From the IMG/VR virus record IMGVR_UViG_3300037452_000097: DNA of 64,000 nt; one strand, written 5' to 3'. Positions 28,725-38,319 of the stretch are shown one piece after another. Source of the stretch: an uncultured virus (IMG/VR IMGVR_UViG_3300037452_000097) (lineage: Duplodnaviria > Heunggongvirae > Uroviricota > Caudoviricetes). The number at the start of each line of letters is the position of its first letter. Position 1 is the first letter of the stretch. A program made the translations under genes and the position numbers. The notes beneath the pieces were generated by a model. It ran no database searches. It had not been told where the DNA came from and saw nothing but the letters and a program-made list of their open reading frames with translations.

Positions 28725-29372
28725 CTATTCGATATGGGCATAGGTGATCCGCCTTACGATTTGGCGAATTGCCTCTTTGTTTACGCCGTACTCCCTCGCT
28801 AGGGACATTTGAGTTTGGTCTTTGGCCCTAATCCGGATGTCATGGATCTGTGCCGGACTAAATTTCCGTCGCATCGAATATGGCTCGAGTGCGCCAGACA
28901 AGTGTTTCCACTTCTTGCCGCAAACAGCCTCTCCAAGAGTAGCCCGATTAACTCCAAGATCGTCAGCGACGTCCTGAAGTGGCTCTCCCGATGCAACGCG
29001 CGTCCGCGCCGTCGTAACGATAGCATCCGTCAAGACGGCCCATGTGGCTCTCTCGCCAAATAACCGCGTCCCGTGCAAATCCTTGTCGGCCTCGTTTGTT
29101 GCTCTATCTGACCACGCAAGATTGTCCGAACGGTTGTCCGTGCGATTGCCGTTCAGATGGCGACTTTGCCAGTCAGGATGAGGCCGCGGCCCATGAAAAG
29201 CTTCAAGCACAAGCTGATGGACGTATTTAGTCAACGTCTTACCGCCGACCCTTGGGAACACACGAAGATAGCCATTGTTATTCGGGCTCATTTGTAATTT
29301 TCTTCCGTCTCTAACTATGAACCCTTTTTCAGTTGCGTAGTAGTGTGGGCAAGATTCAATTGGTTGCTGCAT
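28725..29372 (-). CDS. HNH homing endonuclease with C-terminal HTH-like repeats
   Basis: GYLRV...VHQLVLEAFHGPRP...RHLNGNRTDNRSDNLAW; overlaps the integrase 3' end. Confidence 0.85.
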   Translation of the reverse strand: MQQPIESCPHYYATEKGFIVRDGRKLQMSPNNNGYLRVFPRVGGKTLTKYVHQLVLEAFHGPRPHPDWQSRHLNGNRTDNRSDNLAWSDRATNEADKDLHGTRLFGERATWAVLTDAIVTTARTRVASGEPLQDVADDLGVNRATLGEAVCGKKWKHLSGALEPYSMRRKFSPAQIHDIRIRAKDQTQMSLAREYGVNKEAIRQIVRRITYAHIE

Positions 29373-30367
29373 ATATTCAAAGCCTCTGCTGCTTTTTGCA
29401 AGTACGAAGGAGACATCTTAGCATAAACTCTCTCCGTAATTCTACTGTCAGAGTGGCCAAGAAATTGAGCGATTTCTGCCATAGGCACTCCGGATTCCGC
29501 TAACCACGAAGCACAACTGTGCCTCAGCACATGCGCCGTGACCCAAGACAACCCACATCGCCGTCCGGCGGCCGCTAGGCTATGCTTGACCTCCTTGACC
29601 GGCTTCCCGTTCCACTCAATAACATATGGCGTCAGCGCGCCCCGGCGGCCTTCCTGCAGGGCGGCCATCAGCGTCCGGTTAATCGGGACCACGGGGCGGC
29701 CTTTCTTAGTCTTCGGGCGCGCCGGATCGGCAAAATCGATCAATTGTCCATTGAAGTCCACACGGTCCCAAGTAAGGGTGAGTAATGCGCCCGAGCGCGC
29801 GCCTGTAGTCATGGCGAGAATAACGAAAATCCGGACATGCTGCATCGTACATGCAGCTAGGAAACGTGCAGCCTCTTCCCGCGTCAGCCTCAGATCCCGT
29901 GGCGGCGACATCGGCGGCCGGTAGATCGTCGGAGCCTTGACGATCAGATTCCTTTTCTCCGCCCATTTTAGCGCCGATCTGAGGCGGCCGAGTTCGGTCC
30001 ATATAGTGCCGTCTTTTCGGCCCGCGATACGGCGTCGCTTTTGATAATCGGCGCAATCATCTTCGCTGATGGCTTCCACGGCCATATTACCAAAGAAAGG
30101 AAGGACAGCGCGCCCTTCAAAGCCCATAGTCTGAAACGAAGGCTTGCCCTTAAGCGTCTCACGGTATCCATTCCAAACATACTCCACGGTGATAATTTCG
30201 GGTCTGTCGGCGATCTCGTATTCGGCGGCAAATGATCTCAGGACTTGCTCGGCAGCCTCACGATTCTGGGTACGCAAGGCTTGACGACGGATAGAGCCGT
30301 CTTCTTGCCAGGCGGCGTAGTACCAGTTTCGGTATTTGACGATCCGGAATTTAGGTAGCATCGCCAA
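29315..30367 (-). CDS. int: tyrosine recombinase / phage integrase
   Basis: TGARSG (R), K, HVLRH (HxxR), LGHS and VY catalytic motifs. Confidence 0.92.
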   Translation of the reverse strand: MAMLPKFRIVKYRNWYYAAWQEDGSIRRQALRTQNREAAEQVLRSFAAEYEIADRPEIITVEYVWNGYRETLKGKPSFQTMGFEGRAVLPFFGNMAVEAISEDDCADYQKRRRIAGRKDGTIWTELGRLRSALKWAEKRNLIVKAPTIYRPPMSPPRDLRLTREEAARFLAACTMQHVRIFVILAMTTGARSGALLTLTWDRVDFNGQLIDFADPARPKTKKGRPVVPINRTLMAALQEGRRGALTPYVIEWNGKPVKEVKHSLAAAGRRCGLSWVTAHVLRHSCASWLAESGVPMAEIAQFLGHSDSRITERVYAKMSPSYLQKAAEALNICSNQLNLAHTTTQLKKGS

Positions 30368-30555
30368 AACTTTTGGGCGTCTTCCTCGGAAATCCGGATA
30401 GATTTACCCCCGAGCCGCGACGCGAGCAACTTCCCCTCGCGGATTCGGTTCCTAATGGTCTTTTCGCTCACCCCCCAACGAGCGGCGAGAGTGGCAATGC
30501 TGAAGACGGTCGGGGGGGCTGCTTGCGTGAAACGGAGACGGAGGGGGTGGGTCAT
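30238..30555 (-). CDS. excisionase-like HTH protein
   Basis: LAARWGVSEKTIRNRIREGKL...RLGGK.IRI; overlaps the int start. Confidence 0.8.
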   Translation of the reverse strand: MTHPLRLRFTQAAPPTVFSIATLAARWGVSEKTIRNRIREGKLLASRLGGKSIRISEEDAQKFWRCYLNSGSSNTETGTTPPGKKTALSVVKPCVPRIVRLPSKS

Positions 30556-30557
30556 AA

Positions 30558-31139
30558 TCAGACGCCCTTAACCGATGCGATGGCGGTCGCTCGTGCTGCG
30601 TTGAGAGCGGCCATTGTCGAGTGATCGCCGCCCTTGTCAGGATGATGCTGCGCCGCAAGCTCTTTGTAGGCACGGTCGATCATTGGAATCGTGGCGCCTT
30701 GCGGGATGCCGAGCACTTCCCACCACGGCTTCGCCGCAGGATTGGGGAGCGCTAGGAACGCGCGAAAGGTCTGACGCACGATCGCGAGACCGCCGTATCT
30801 CAGCTCGACGCGGCGGGCCTCGATAATGTGGTGAATAGCCTGGATATTGGCCTGCACGAGTATGAACCGATCGACGCCGAATGCCATCCACTGGTTGTCC
30901 ATCATGAACCATGCGGCGGCGCCTGGATCGGCGGGAGCGGCGCAGAGAAGATCGACGTTCGTCGAGAGCACGACATGCTCAATTTTCACCCCGGCTTCCT
31001 TCTGGAATAGCCGCAGGCTTTTCGCGACGTTCGCGACCGCCGCGTCGAACCCGGTACGGAATGGGGAATTCAGACGCCGTTGCGGCGGCGTGCGGGCTAC
31101 GCCGTCAGGCCATTGGAGCGGGTAGGGGGCGACGGTCAC
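30558..31139 (-). CDS. J-domain (DnaJ-like) phage protein
   Basis: YPLQWP N-terminus; WWEVLG...AYKELA..HHPDKGG...LNAA; GTG start at 31139. Confidence 0.85.
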   Translation of the reverse strand: MTVAPYPLQWPDGVARTPPQRRLNSPFRTGFDAAVANVAKSLRLFQKEAGVKIEHVVLSTNVDLLCAAPADPGAAAWFMMDNQWMAFGVDRFILVQANIQAIHHIIEARRVELRYGGLAIVRQTFRAFLALPNPAAKPWWEVLGIPQGATIPMIDRAYKELAAQHHPDKGGDHSTMAALNAARATAIASVKGV

Positions 31140-31324
31140 GGCTTCTTCTCCGACGGGTAGCCAACATCCAGGAAGATTAGCCCCTCGATTTCCTTGCGCT
31201 TGATGCGAAGAAGGGTTTCGGCCATTTCGATCGCGGCGAGCGTATCCACGGCGCCATCGGCGATTATCCGCAGAGTGGCGCCGCATTCAAAATCATACGC
31301 GGCGAGGATACGGTATGTGCTCAT
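31136..31324 (-). CDS. hypothetical protein
   Basis: Short ORF ending EKKP*. Confidence 0.45.
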   Translation of the reverse strand: MSTYRILAAYDFECGATLRIIADGAVDTLAAIEMAETLLRIKRKEIEGLIFLDVGYPSEKKP

Positions 31325-31600
31325 GACTATTACCAAAAAAGAGCTACTGCGATTATGAGAACCAGGGGGACACTAACGACAGCAAGAACTACGATTATCT
31401 CCGGCGGCAACCATAACATCACGGCTTCTTCTCCGGTGGGTTCGTAACGCGCTCAAATGTGAGCCGCGACCATGCAATTTCCATAACTTTAGGCTCAAGG
31501 GCTTCCATTATATCATCGTCGGCCGCGTCATCATCGACCTCGATAGTTCCCCGAAGCGGGGCAACCCCTCGCTCAAGAAAAAATTCCCACTTAACACGCA

Positions 31601-31858
31601 TTATTTTCCTCCATCCGGTCCGTTCGTGAGATCGCCTTTGGCGGCCATGGCGTCCCAAATTTCCCTGCCGCCTATTTGAGCCGCTAGTCCTGCCTCGATC
31701 ATCTCCCCCGTCGCCTCCGGCAGATTGACGGTTACGATGCCATTGAGGGAGTCGAGAGCCGCCGCAGCATCGAGGTCTGTGATACAGCGGCCAGTTTTTT
31801 CGCTGAAGGCCTTCTTTATCACCTGGATGCACTTGGCGCGGATTTCGTCGCGGGTCAT
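31601..31858 (-). CDS. hypothetical protein
   Basis: EATGEMIEAG...IWDAM motif. Confidence 0.6.
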   Translation of the reverse strand: MTRDEIRAKCIQVIKKAFSEKTGRCITDLDAAAALDSLNGIVTVNLPEATGEMIEAGLAAQIGGREIWDAMAAKGDLTNGPDGGK

Positions 31859-32128
31859 TTTGCGTCTCGCAATTCAAGTAAATCGGCGGCGCGCCTGAGG
31901 TCTGCCGCAACTTTAAGAATGTTTTCTCTATTGTGATAAAGCCAACCTTTGACAACCACTTGCATGTCTCCATTAGTCGTGTGGGCAATCTCGACGGTAT
32001 AAGTTATTGCTTCTGCAATGCACGCCTTGCTGGCTTCGTCGCGGGCGCTCATAACTCGATCTCGCATTTTCGGGCTCCAGCGTGTGAGCCGATAAGACCG
32101 CAAAGCCAGCCACGCCAATAATCGTTGA

Positions 32129-32425
32129 TCATGAAATCGCCTTCATATTTTCCTTGATCTTGTCCATCGCATCCGCTGTGTCAGGCTTCTTCGCCGCCCG
32201 TTTCAACTCTCCGCTCTCGCGCCGCTTGGCGGCGATGATCGCGCCCGCGCGCTCGATGGCGTCGGCGATAATGGTCTCTTCGCGTCGCAGAGCGCTTTCG
32301 ATTTCATAAGGCTCGCGATGGGCCAGGCGAATGGACAGCGCCCCGATTTCCTCGTGCAACTTGCACTCCTTGGCCGTGGCGAACCATGTGCCGTCGTTGG
32401 CTTTGTATCCATCTGCGCGTTTCAT
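32129..32425 (-). CDS. hypothetical protein
   Basis: YKANDGTWFAT..EC..HE motif; AAGGT SD. Confidence 0.6.
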   Translation of the reverse strand: MKRADGYKANDGTWFATAKECKLHEEIGALSIRLAHREPYEIESALRREETIIADAIERAGAIIAAKRRESGELKRAAKKPDTADAMDKIKENMKAIS

Positions 32426-32436
32426 TTGTTTACCTT

Positions 32437-32832
32437 TCAGTCATTCTTTAATCTAGTTGCCTCTAATATTGGCAAATTGGCTTCTGTCGGGACATAAATC
32501 ACTGACGCATCCGGCCTTTCTTCCATCATCTTAATCCATTGCCATCTAAGATATAAATCGTGTTTTGTAAGCTGTTCGCCTATTTCCTTTATTTGAGCTG
32601 AAACAGCTTGGGCCTCAATAATTGCGGCCTTTTTATTTAGCTCCGCTGCATCGACTCGCCCTTGCGCCTGCGCTACTTGGATTTGCTGTTCCATATGAGC
32701 TTGCTGTAAGTCAGCTTCTCCTTCTTTGCGTTGCGCCCACACTCTCCATACAGGATATGCAAACGCAACCCACGCGAATATCAATATGGCAATCATAATA
32801 GATGCGAAGACTATCGTATATATTACATCCAT
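32437..32832 (-). CDS. membrane-anchored SPFH/band-7-like small protein
   Basis: TM helix, coil, YLRWQWI...IYVPTEANLPILEATR. Confidence 0.7.
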   Translation of the reverse strand: MDVIYTIVFASIMIAILIFAWVAFAYPVWRVWAQRKEGEADLQQAHMEQQIQVAQAQGRVDAAELNKKAAIIEAQAVSAQIKEIGEQLTKHDLYLRWQWIKMMEERPDASVIYVPTEANLPILEATRLKND

Positions 32833-33035
32833 CACAGTAACCCCTTGTCTTCGGCCAACCACTCGGGAAGCGTAACCGTCGTCCTCCCGTGCCTGTCCGT
32901 GGTGTATTCGATCTGAGAGCGCGGAAGCCAAACGGCGTCGTCCTCGTGCCCGGTTTCCGAAACGAGAATTGCGGCGTCGCTGTTCTCGTCGCGAATGATC
33001 ACCACGGCAATGTCGACGGGATTGTTGCGGGTCAT
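32832..33035 (-). CDS. conserved phage hypothetical protein
   Basis: AILV...VWLPRSQIE...VTLPEWLAEDKGL. Confidence 0.7.
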   Translation of the reverse strand: MTRNNPVDIAVVIIRDENSDAAILVSETGHEDDAVWLPRSQIEYTTDRHGRTTVTLPEWLAEDKGLL

Positions 33036-33463
33036 GTCTCTACAATTCTTTCAATCGAGACAAGCGCGCCGTCCGTAAATTTCGCGTTGTACTCAAACCA
33101 TTCCGGTTTTTCTCCGGGATGATTTAAGTCCTGGCCGAAGGTTTCGGGCCGCATGCTTATCGCTAGCAATTCGCCAGTGTGCGCGTCCCCATAAAAATTC
33201 AAGGTTCCATGGTAGTTCATGTCCTCCCAGCCATCGTGCACAGAGGTCATACAGCCAATGATGCGTTTTAAAGATCCCTTCGGCGCGTTGGGATCAGACC
33301 TGTCCTCGTAATGAATGCGTTCGTGCAGGAGTCGGCCGCCTTCGGTGATCTTGTAGTTCTCTAAATACGGAGCTTCGAAATCCTTCGTTTGCCATTCCTT
33401 CACGATGTCGGCGCCGGCGTCAGGCAATGGGCATTCAACGATTACACGGTCATACATTCCCAT
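33032..33463 (-). CDS. conserved phage hypothetical protein
   Basis: MGMYD...WQTKD...Y.IT..GRL...FY...W.EY.AKF.DG. Confidence 0.7.
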   Translation of the reverse strand: MGMYDRVIVECPLPDAGADIVKEWQTKDFEAPYLENYKITEGGRLLHERIHYEDRSDPNAPKGSLKRIIGCMTSVHDGWEDMNYHGTLNFYGDAHTGELLAISMRPETFGQDLNHPGEKPEWFEYNAKFTDGALVSIERIVET

Positions 33464-33497
33464 TTTTATTCTCCGCGTCAGATGCGATCGTTGCGGG

Positions 33498-33731
33498 TCA
33501 TGTCGTTTGGTCGTCTTCCTGTAGTGGGCGCCATTTCGTAGGCCCAAATCCTTTTTGATCGCACCATGTCATTGACCCGTCAGATGCAACCCATAAGCCT
33601 GGAGCATCACTCACAATTAGATTGATTGCATTAGGATCCCAGCGCATCGGAAATTGGCCAGAGTCTGGGTCCATTACTTCTATTAACGTTCCATCCTTCG
33701 GCGCCGTCTCGATAGGTTGCCACTCAGTCAT
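33498..33731 (-). CDS. DUF551-like protein
   Basis: WQPIETAPKDGT...PTKWRPL. Confidence 0.75.
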   Translation of the reverse strand: MTEWQPIETAPKDGTLIEVMDPDSGQFPMRWDPNAINLIVSDAPGLWVASDGSMTWCDQKGFGPTKWRPLQEDDQTT

Positions 33732-33992
33732 TTTCCCTCCTGACTATTCACCGCGTCCGACATGATCAAGGCGACCTTCCATTGATCGCGGTAAGCGCGT
33801 GCCTCGGTACGAATGCGCTCTGCGTCGTCAAGACGGCGAAGCCATATCTGCCGCGATTGTTCATATTCTTCCTGCAGAGAGGCCCCGATCTTAAACAGTC
33901 GCTTCCGCAAGAGAAGACTGGGGACGATGAACGCGCCGTTGATCGCAGCAAAAACCCAAAAGAAATATTCTCCGGCGTCGCACATCATGCTC

Positions 33993-35297
33993 TCATTCCC
34001 GCGGTTCGTCGGCTTCGGCGGCTTCCTTGCGCAATTGCTCAATGTACGGCGCGAGTTGATCGGCGTTTTTTTTGCCAAGCACTTTGTACCACCGTTCGAA
34101 CACACCAACGCCGTCCTTTGCCCTGGCCCGCGCGTCATCGATTAGACGTTGCGTGCCGATGTCGAGCGATTTCCAATCGATCTCATCGCGCGCCGCCTCT
34201 TCGCCGGCCGGATTGTTCGTGGCTTCGGCAAGTTGCTTATCCGGCTCTCGATCGTGCGAAGCGGTTCGCGTCGGCGTGTCCTCCGGAATGATCTCGCCGG
34301 TGACCGGATCGTGCGGAGGCAGAGCGGACATGCGCCGATGATACTTCTCTCGCACGGCGGCGAGATCGGCGGGAAGCATTCTAGCTTTCACTTGCGGCGT
34401 GATCCCATCTCCGATCTTCTTCAAGGCCGCAGCGGTATCGGCCAATTCGATCCTTGCTGAGAATGTGCGCATCAGTTCTCCGGATGCGGCAGCAAGATCA
34501 TGCTCTGCCCTTTCAATGGCCTCGGCATCGTCGCTTGCAACTTCGTCGGATGATTTAATCTTCGCTTGCGTGCCGCCAAGCAGTCCGAGAAGCGGCCCGC
34601 AAATCGTTTCAAACGTTGGGTTTGCGAAACTGCGCCCGGAAAGCACGCCAGTACGATCTTTTTCGGCGTAGGCCACTATCGTGGCCATAGCATTCGTTTT
34701 TCTTGGCTTTATCGCTTCCATCCGAAGCAAAATATGAGGCTCATAAGCGGTTTCCCCCTCCGCCTTCATTTTGACTCCCACCGCTTTGAGTTCGTCGGTT
34801 TCCTCGTCTGTAGCGTAGTCTGTTCCTTGCCGGCCAAGAATGAAGACGTGCATTGGCGATGAAAGCAGGAACGCCATAATGTCCTTGTATGGCTTTTTGA
34901 TTTGCCCCCAAGCCTGCATCGGAATCGTTCCAATTTTGGTTTGCTTGCCGCTGTAGGCGGCTCTCGCAGCTTCCCAAATGTGGGTCATCGAATCGATCAC
35001 GACGACGCCGTAAACAGACGGATCGAGCTTTTTCAATTCGCTCAACACTTCCGTGATTGATCGCGTATACAGTGCGTCAAAGTCGAATGCTTCCGGATGC
35101 ACGGCGCGTTCCGGCACGGCCTTGCAATAGAAGTCCGTGCCGCGCTCGGTATCGACATAAGCGATGCGCTTGCCGTCGCGCTTGGCTAGTCCTTCGGCTA
35201 TTAGCAATGTCGTCAATGTCTTTCCGCTCCCAGGCGGTCCATAGATAGCGGCCTTTAGAGCTGCTTGTTCGGCTTTTGCTTTGCGAAACCCACTCAT
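33993..35297 (-). CDS. Sak4-like AAA ATPase (recombination)
   Basis: GPPGSGKT Walker A, YVDTE, VVVIDSMTH Walker B; HDPVTGEI linker. Confidence 0.8.
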   Translation of the reverse strand: MSGFRKAKAEQAALKAAIYGPPGSGKTLTTLLIAEGLAKRDGKRIAYVDTERGTDFYCKAVPERAVHPEAFDFDALYTRSITEVLSELKKLDPSVYGVVVIDSMTHIWEAARAAYSGKQTKIGTIPMQAWGQIKKPYKDIMAFLLSSPMHVFILGRQGTDYATDEETDELKAVGVKMKAEGETAYEPHILLRMEAIKPRKTNAMATIVAYAEKDRTGVLSGRSFANPTFETICGPLLGLLGGTQAKIKSSDEVASDDAEAIERAEHDLAAASGELMRTFSARIELADTAAALKKIGDGITPQVKARMLPADLAAVREKYHRRMSALPPHDPVTGEIIPEDTPTRTASHDREPDKQLAEATNNPAGEEAARDEIDWKSLDIGTQRLIDDARARAKDGVGVFERWYKVLGKKNADQLAPYIEQLRKEAAEADEPRE

Positions 35298-35544
35298 CGT
35301 TTAAGTCCTCTTGTTAAATTGAAGCGGCGCGAGCCCCCGCAGTCATACGCGCGTTCCCCACGGCAACACCGTGAGAGGCCCCATTTCTGGCACTTACCCC
35401 TTGCGGGGTTCTCGATAACTCAATAGTCTTCATTCGTTCCGGACCGCTGCAACGCGGCTAGCAGTGCAACGTGCGGTGTCCGCATATTGCAACGGTCCGG
35501 ACTCCCAGCATCGGCGCGGGAGGTGGGGGTGAGAGTTTCGACGG

Positions 35545-36192
35545 TCATTTTTTGCTCTTGATGTGGGTGATAAACTCATCTCGCGCGTCATCATCGAGAG
35601 CACTCCAGCACGATTTTAACGCATCAAGAGTTTTCTCTTTGATACGGCGTTTATTGTCTGCGATTTTCGCCTCCAACCTCGCATTGACAGCAATGAGGTT
35701 GTCCACGGTTCCTGTTCGCGGTGCTACCCGGATAAAATCAGGGGCGATGAGTTGCCGCACACGCTCCCTAGATATCCCGAAGCGAGTTCCGATGGACTCA
35801 AGCGGTAGGCCAAGGGCGCGCATCGCGAGCATTTTCTCGCGGCGTTCCAGTTCCAGTCTGGATTCGATTTCCGCTACCTGCGCATCGATTTCGACCTTCT
35901 CTTCGACTGACAACTTAATTTCGTTTTGTTCGGCTTCGGCAATGTGGCGATTAACAGACTCTATGAAAGCCTCGCTTCCCTTCTCCTTCAGAACAGGCTT
36001 GAGATGCTCGGGACACCACTTCAGCATTCGCGAGACACTACCGTCTCGCGTAAGCCCTAAGTGCAGGATGCGCTGGCGCATAGTCCCGTAATCACGGCCG
36101 AGTTTTATCCCTGTTGCACGCACGTCAACGTAATCGGCGTATTCAGCACGAATGATATCGTCCTCCTCTTGCGTAAATCGGCGGTGTTTCAT
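35545..36192 (-). CDS. DNA-binding protein with sigma70 region-4-like HTH
   Basis: FTQEEDDIIR N-terminus; LESIGTRFGISRERVRQL. Confidence 0.7.
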   Translation of the reverse strand: MKHRRFTQEEDDIIRAEYADYVDVRATGIKLGRDYGTMRQRILHLGLTRDGSVSRMLKWCPEHLKPVLKEKGSEAFIESVNRHIAEAEQNEIKLSVEEKVEIDAQVAEIESRLELERREKMLAMRALGLPLESIGTRFGISRERVRQLIAPDFIRVAPRTGTVDNLIAVNARLEAKIADNKRRIKEKTLDALKSCWSALDDDARDEFITHIKSKK

Positions 36193-36971
36193 TGCCCGCC
36201 CCTCGCCTCTTGCAGCCGCTCACGTGCGGCGCGGAATTGGACGGCCATGTTAGCCCTATTGCCGTTTTTCAGATACCGCACAGCCCAGTGATGATGCACC
36301 GCGACCATCCGCAGATGCCAGTTTTCGTGCGCGATGAGCTTGCCGGGGGCGGTCATTTGGGCCACATCCCCTCAACGACGAGTTTCCAAAGAAGAACACT
36401 CAGCGGAACCGCTACGATGAACATGCAGAAATTAGCCATTTGCCACATCGCCTTCCAACAGGTTCAGGGTCCTCGCGGGCCATGAGTGCTGACTCACATG
36501 GCCCCGCCCGGCGCTTCGGTGAGACGGCTCGTAAGCCGTCCTGCGGAAGCGTCAGTCGTCACGTATTTTCCCAGAAAATCGCGAATGCGACGGTAAGGAC
36601 GAGTGCCGTCGCGAGAATAGCTATCGCGATGTGTGCTGCGCAGTTGCAAGGTTTCTGGTCCATTTCAGCTCCTTCTTCCAAGGTGGCAGTCTCCGGTTTT
36701 AACCCACGCTCCCGGACTTCATCAGCAATCGATTCGCTTGCGTAGCCATAGTAGCTAGGGTGCACGCGCGCCCCGACAAAGTGGGTCGGTGTGCCACCAA
36801 AACCAGTTCCGCCTCCTGCTCCGCATCCCATCAGCGCCAAACCTTATCGATCAACCAATCGACCCATTCGACTAGATCCAGGATGAACCATGCAACCACA
36901 AACCATCCGGCGATATGAAGTTCTCGCCGCGTAAGCGTCTGGCCAGAAAGGATGCGATGAAGGAAGTCCAT

Positions 36972-37352
36972 TTAGCGTCCATGCGTGACGACTATCGGGG
37001 TCATTAAGAGAAAATTGTTCGGGCGTGGCCAGTATCCCGTAACGTTGATCCAAGTTTCGTTGCAGACGTCCATAGGTGTCCTGGCCGGTGTGCTGATGGC
37101 CTCGCCCCATGCGGCCATCACGTCGACACGGATCTCGCGCAGGCACGGGCCGGTTTCAGGGAGCGGCCCGAAGACGCGGAATTGGCCCTTCGGAACGTTG
37201 ACGGTGAAAAACTCGTCGAGGATGCCGGGGGCGGAGAATATGACTTTGTGGACCAAGACTGGATCGGTGTTGTTGCGGACGACGATGGGGTGCCAGGCCA
37301 GGGCCGGCGTGGCGAGAAGGGCGGCGGCGAGTGCTAAGAGATATTTTTTCAC
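36972..37352 (-). CDS. exported protein
   Basis: MKKYLLALAAALLATPALA signal peptide; two Cys. Confidence 0.7.
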   Translation of the reverse strand: MKKYLLALAAALLATPALAWHPIVVRNNTDPVLVHKVIFSAPGILDEFFTVNVPKGQFRVFGPLPETGPCLREIRVDVMAAWGEAISTPARTPMDVCNETWINVTGYWPRPNNFLLMTPIVVTHGR

Positions 37353-37682
37353 TGTTGGGGGTTCCTTTGGTTTTAGAGGTGAAGCGTCGCGGGCTATCTC
37401 AATTTCCGCGCATATTAGGCAAATTTACCCTAGGACTTGTGCCCACTCGCTCCATTTCTGGCGCTTCGCGATGCCCCGAGGAGCATGGCGAAGGGTCAGT
37501 TTGGGAGAGGCGCATTTTCTCGTTTTCTTCGATCGTCCAGTTTCATCATAAACAGCTCCATTGCCTTCCTGACGGCCGGACTTATTTCATCCCAATTGGT
37601 CAACCCGACGTGCTGATCGCAGTGTGAAAAGCCACTGTCGCCAGAGCCGAATTCGCCGCCGCATTGGCTGCAATACGTCTTG

Positions 37683-37895
37683 TCAAATCTTGGCATAGCG
37701 GATGTGCTCTTCGTCAACCACGCCGCACGTGCCGTCGAGGAATTGGACAACATAGCCGTTGCTGAAAGATGGGCCTCCACCCTCCTCATCATGCTTGAAC
37801 TCACGGCCAACGATCGTCGCCTTGCGCCATTGATGCAAGGATTCGTATTCCGGGAGGTAAAAAACCTCGACCTCTTGGCCTTCTTGGAACGTCAT
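37683..37895 (-). CDS. SH3/Tudor-like small protein, paralog B
   Basis: FQEGQEVEV...WRKATIV...YVVQFLDG...EHIR. Confidence 0.65.
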   Translation of the reverse strand: MTFQEGQEVEVFYLPEYESLHQWRKATIVGREFKHDEEGGGPSFSNGYVVQFLDGTCGVVDEEHIRYAKI

Positions 37896-38101
37896 GGCGC
37901 ACCTGATGAAATTGGCCGGATATGCTCCGCGTCGACTATGGCGATGGTGCCGTCCGGGAATTGGACGGTATACAGCTCGCTGGGTGTGTGCATCGTCGGC
38001 GAAACGATCTTCGCCTTGCGCCAGCGGCTTTCAGGAACTCCACCAGAATAGGCGCTGTATAGCTCGTTAACCTCGACCTCTTGGCCTTCTTGAAACGTCA
38101 C
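37892..38101 (-). CDS. SH3/Tudor-like small protein, paralog A
   Basis: FQEGQEVEV...WRKAKIV...YTVQFPDG...EHIR; GTG start. Confidence 0.65.
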   Translation of the reverse strand: MTFQEGQEVEVNELYSAYSGGVPESRWRKAKIVSPTMHTPSELYTVQFPDGTIAIVDAEHIRPISSGAP

Positions 38102-38319
38102 GCCGTCCCTCCCACGTCCTGCTTGATCAGCATCTCGCGTTCTATTTCGCGTACCTCGTCGGCGACGGCTCGTGTGAAGGCGTCGCGCATCCCGCAAACG
38201 CCGGCCGCGTGGTCGCATTTGTAGGACCAGCGGAGTTGCTCGAAGTCGCATAGGACTCGGACCTGTTGCGCGGGCCACATCGCGTCGAAGAGTATGCGGG
38301 CAGTGTCGTAGTCGATCAT
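38098..38319 (-). CDS. hypothetical protein
   Basis: Coupled ORF in the leftward operon. Confidence 0.55.
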   Translation of the reverse strand: MIDYDTARILFDAMWPAQQVRVLCDFEQLRWSYKCDHAAGVCGMRDAFTRAVADEVREIEREMLIKQDVGGTA

